DNA of 64,000 bases from Eledone cirrhosa (taxonomy: Eukaryota): contig OZ024748.1 of assembly GCA_964016885.1 (NCBI GenBank), positions 51,522,001 through 51,586,000 of the forward strand. Direction: 5' to 3'. Below are positions 63,896 through 64,000 of the stretch, piece after piece; positions within the stretch are counted from its first letter, which is position 1; each line of letters opens with the position of its first letter. Made by a program: the position numbers and the translations under genes. Under the pieces are notes generated by a model. The model was not told the origin of the DNA. It did no database searches and saw only the letters and a program-made list of their open reading frames with translations.

Positions 63896-64000
63896 GGTTG
63901 TATATATAATATTCATTGTTTAAAATTTAAATTCAGCATAAAGACATGAAATTATCAATATTTGCTCTAATCAAGTGTTGATTCCAGATTATATATTTAT

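Overview
AT-rich, microsatellite-saturated animal genomic DNA with one 200-N gap (30865-31064). The repeat content (tRNA-headed SINEs including a CORE-type family with RTE-derived (GAT)n tails, and vast (TA)n/(CA)n/(CAT)n tracts) suggests a coleoid cephalopod such as an octopus; this is an inference. I can support no host protein-coding exon, so the window looks intronic or intergenic, and almost all ORF-track entries are translations of simple repeats. Real coding remnants are all retroelement-derived. The longest is a young, 5'-truncated RTE LINE (61592-63408, minus) whose reverse transcriptase carries an in-frame C4HC3 PHD finger. Shorter remnants are an L1/Tx1 3' end, six REX3/Expander-like RTE 3' ends, three restriction-like-endonuclease (RLE) element tails and degraded Penelope GIY-YIG pieces. 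DNA transposon relics include a TTAA-flanked piggyBac-type MITE family, mariner MITEs, a non-autonomous Helitron and a hAT-like end that expanded into a 31-bp minisatellite. The most notable unannotated layer is a set of minimal type I hammerhead-ribozyme motifs in short non-coding elements, mostly next to (TA)n. Several near-perfect fold-back palindromes accompany them, and some of their apices coincide with hammerhead-like stem-loop/GAAAC sequence. Coordinates of degraded repeats are approximate.
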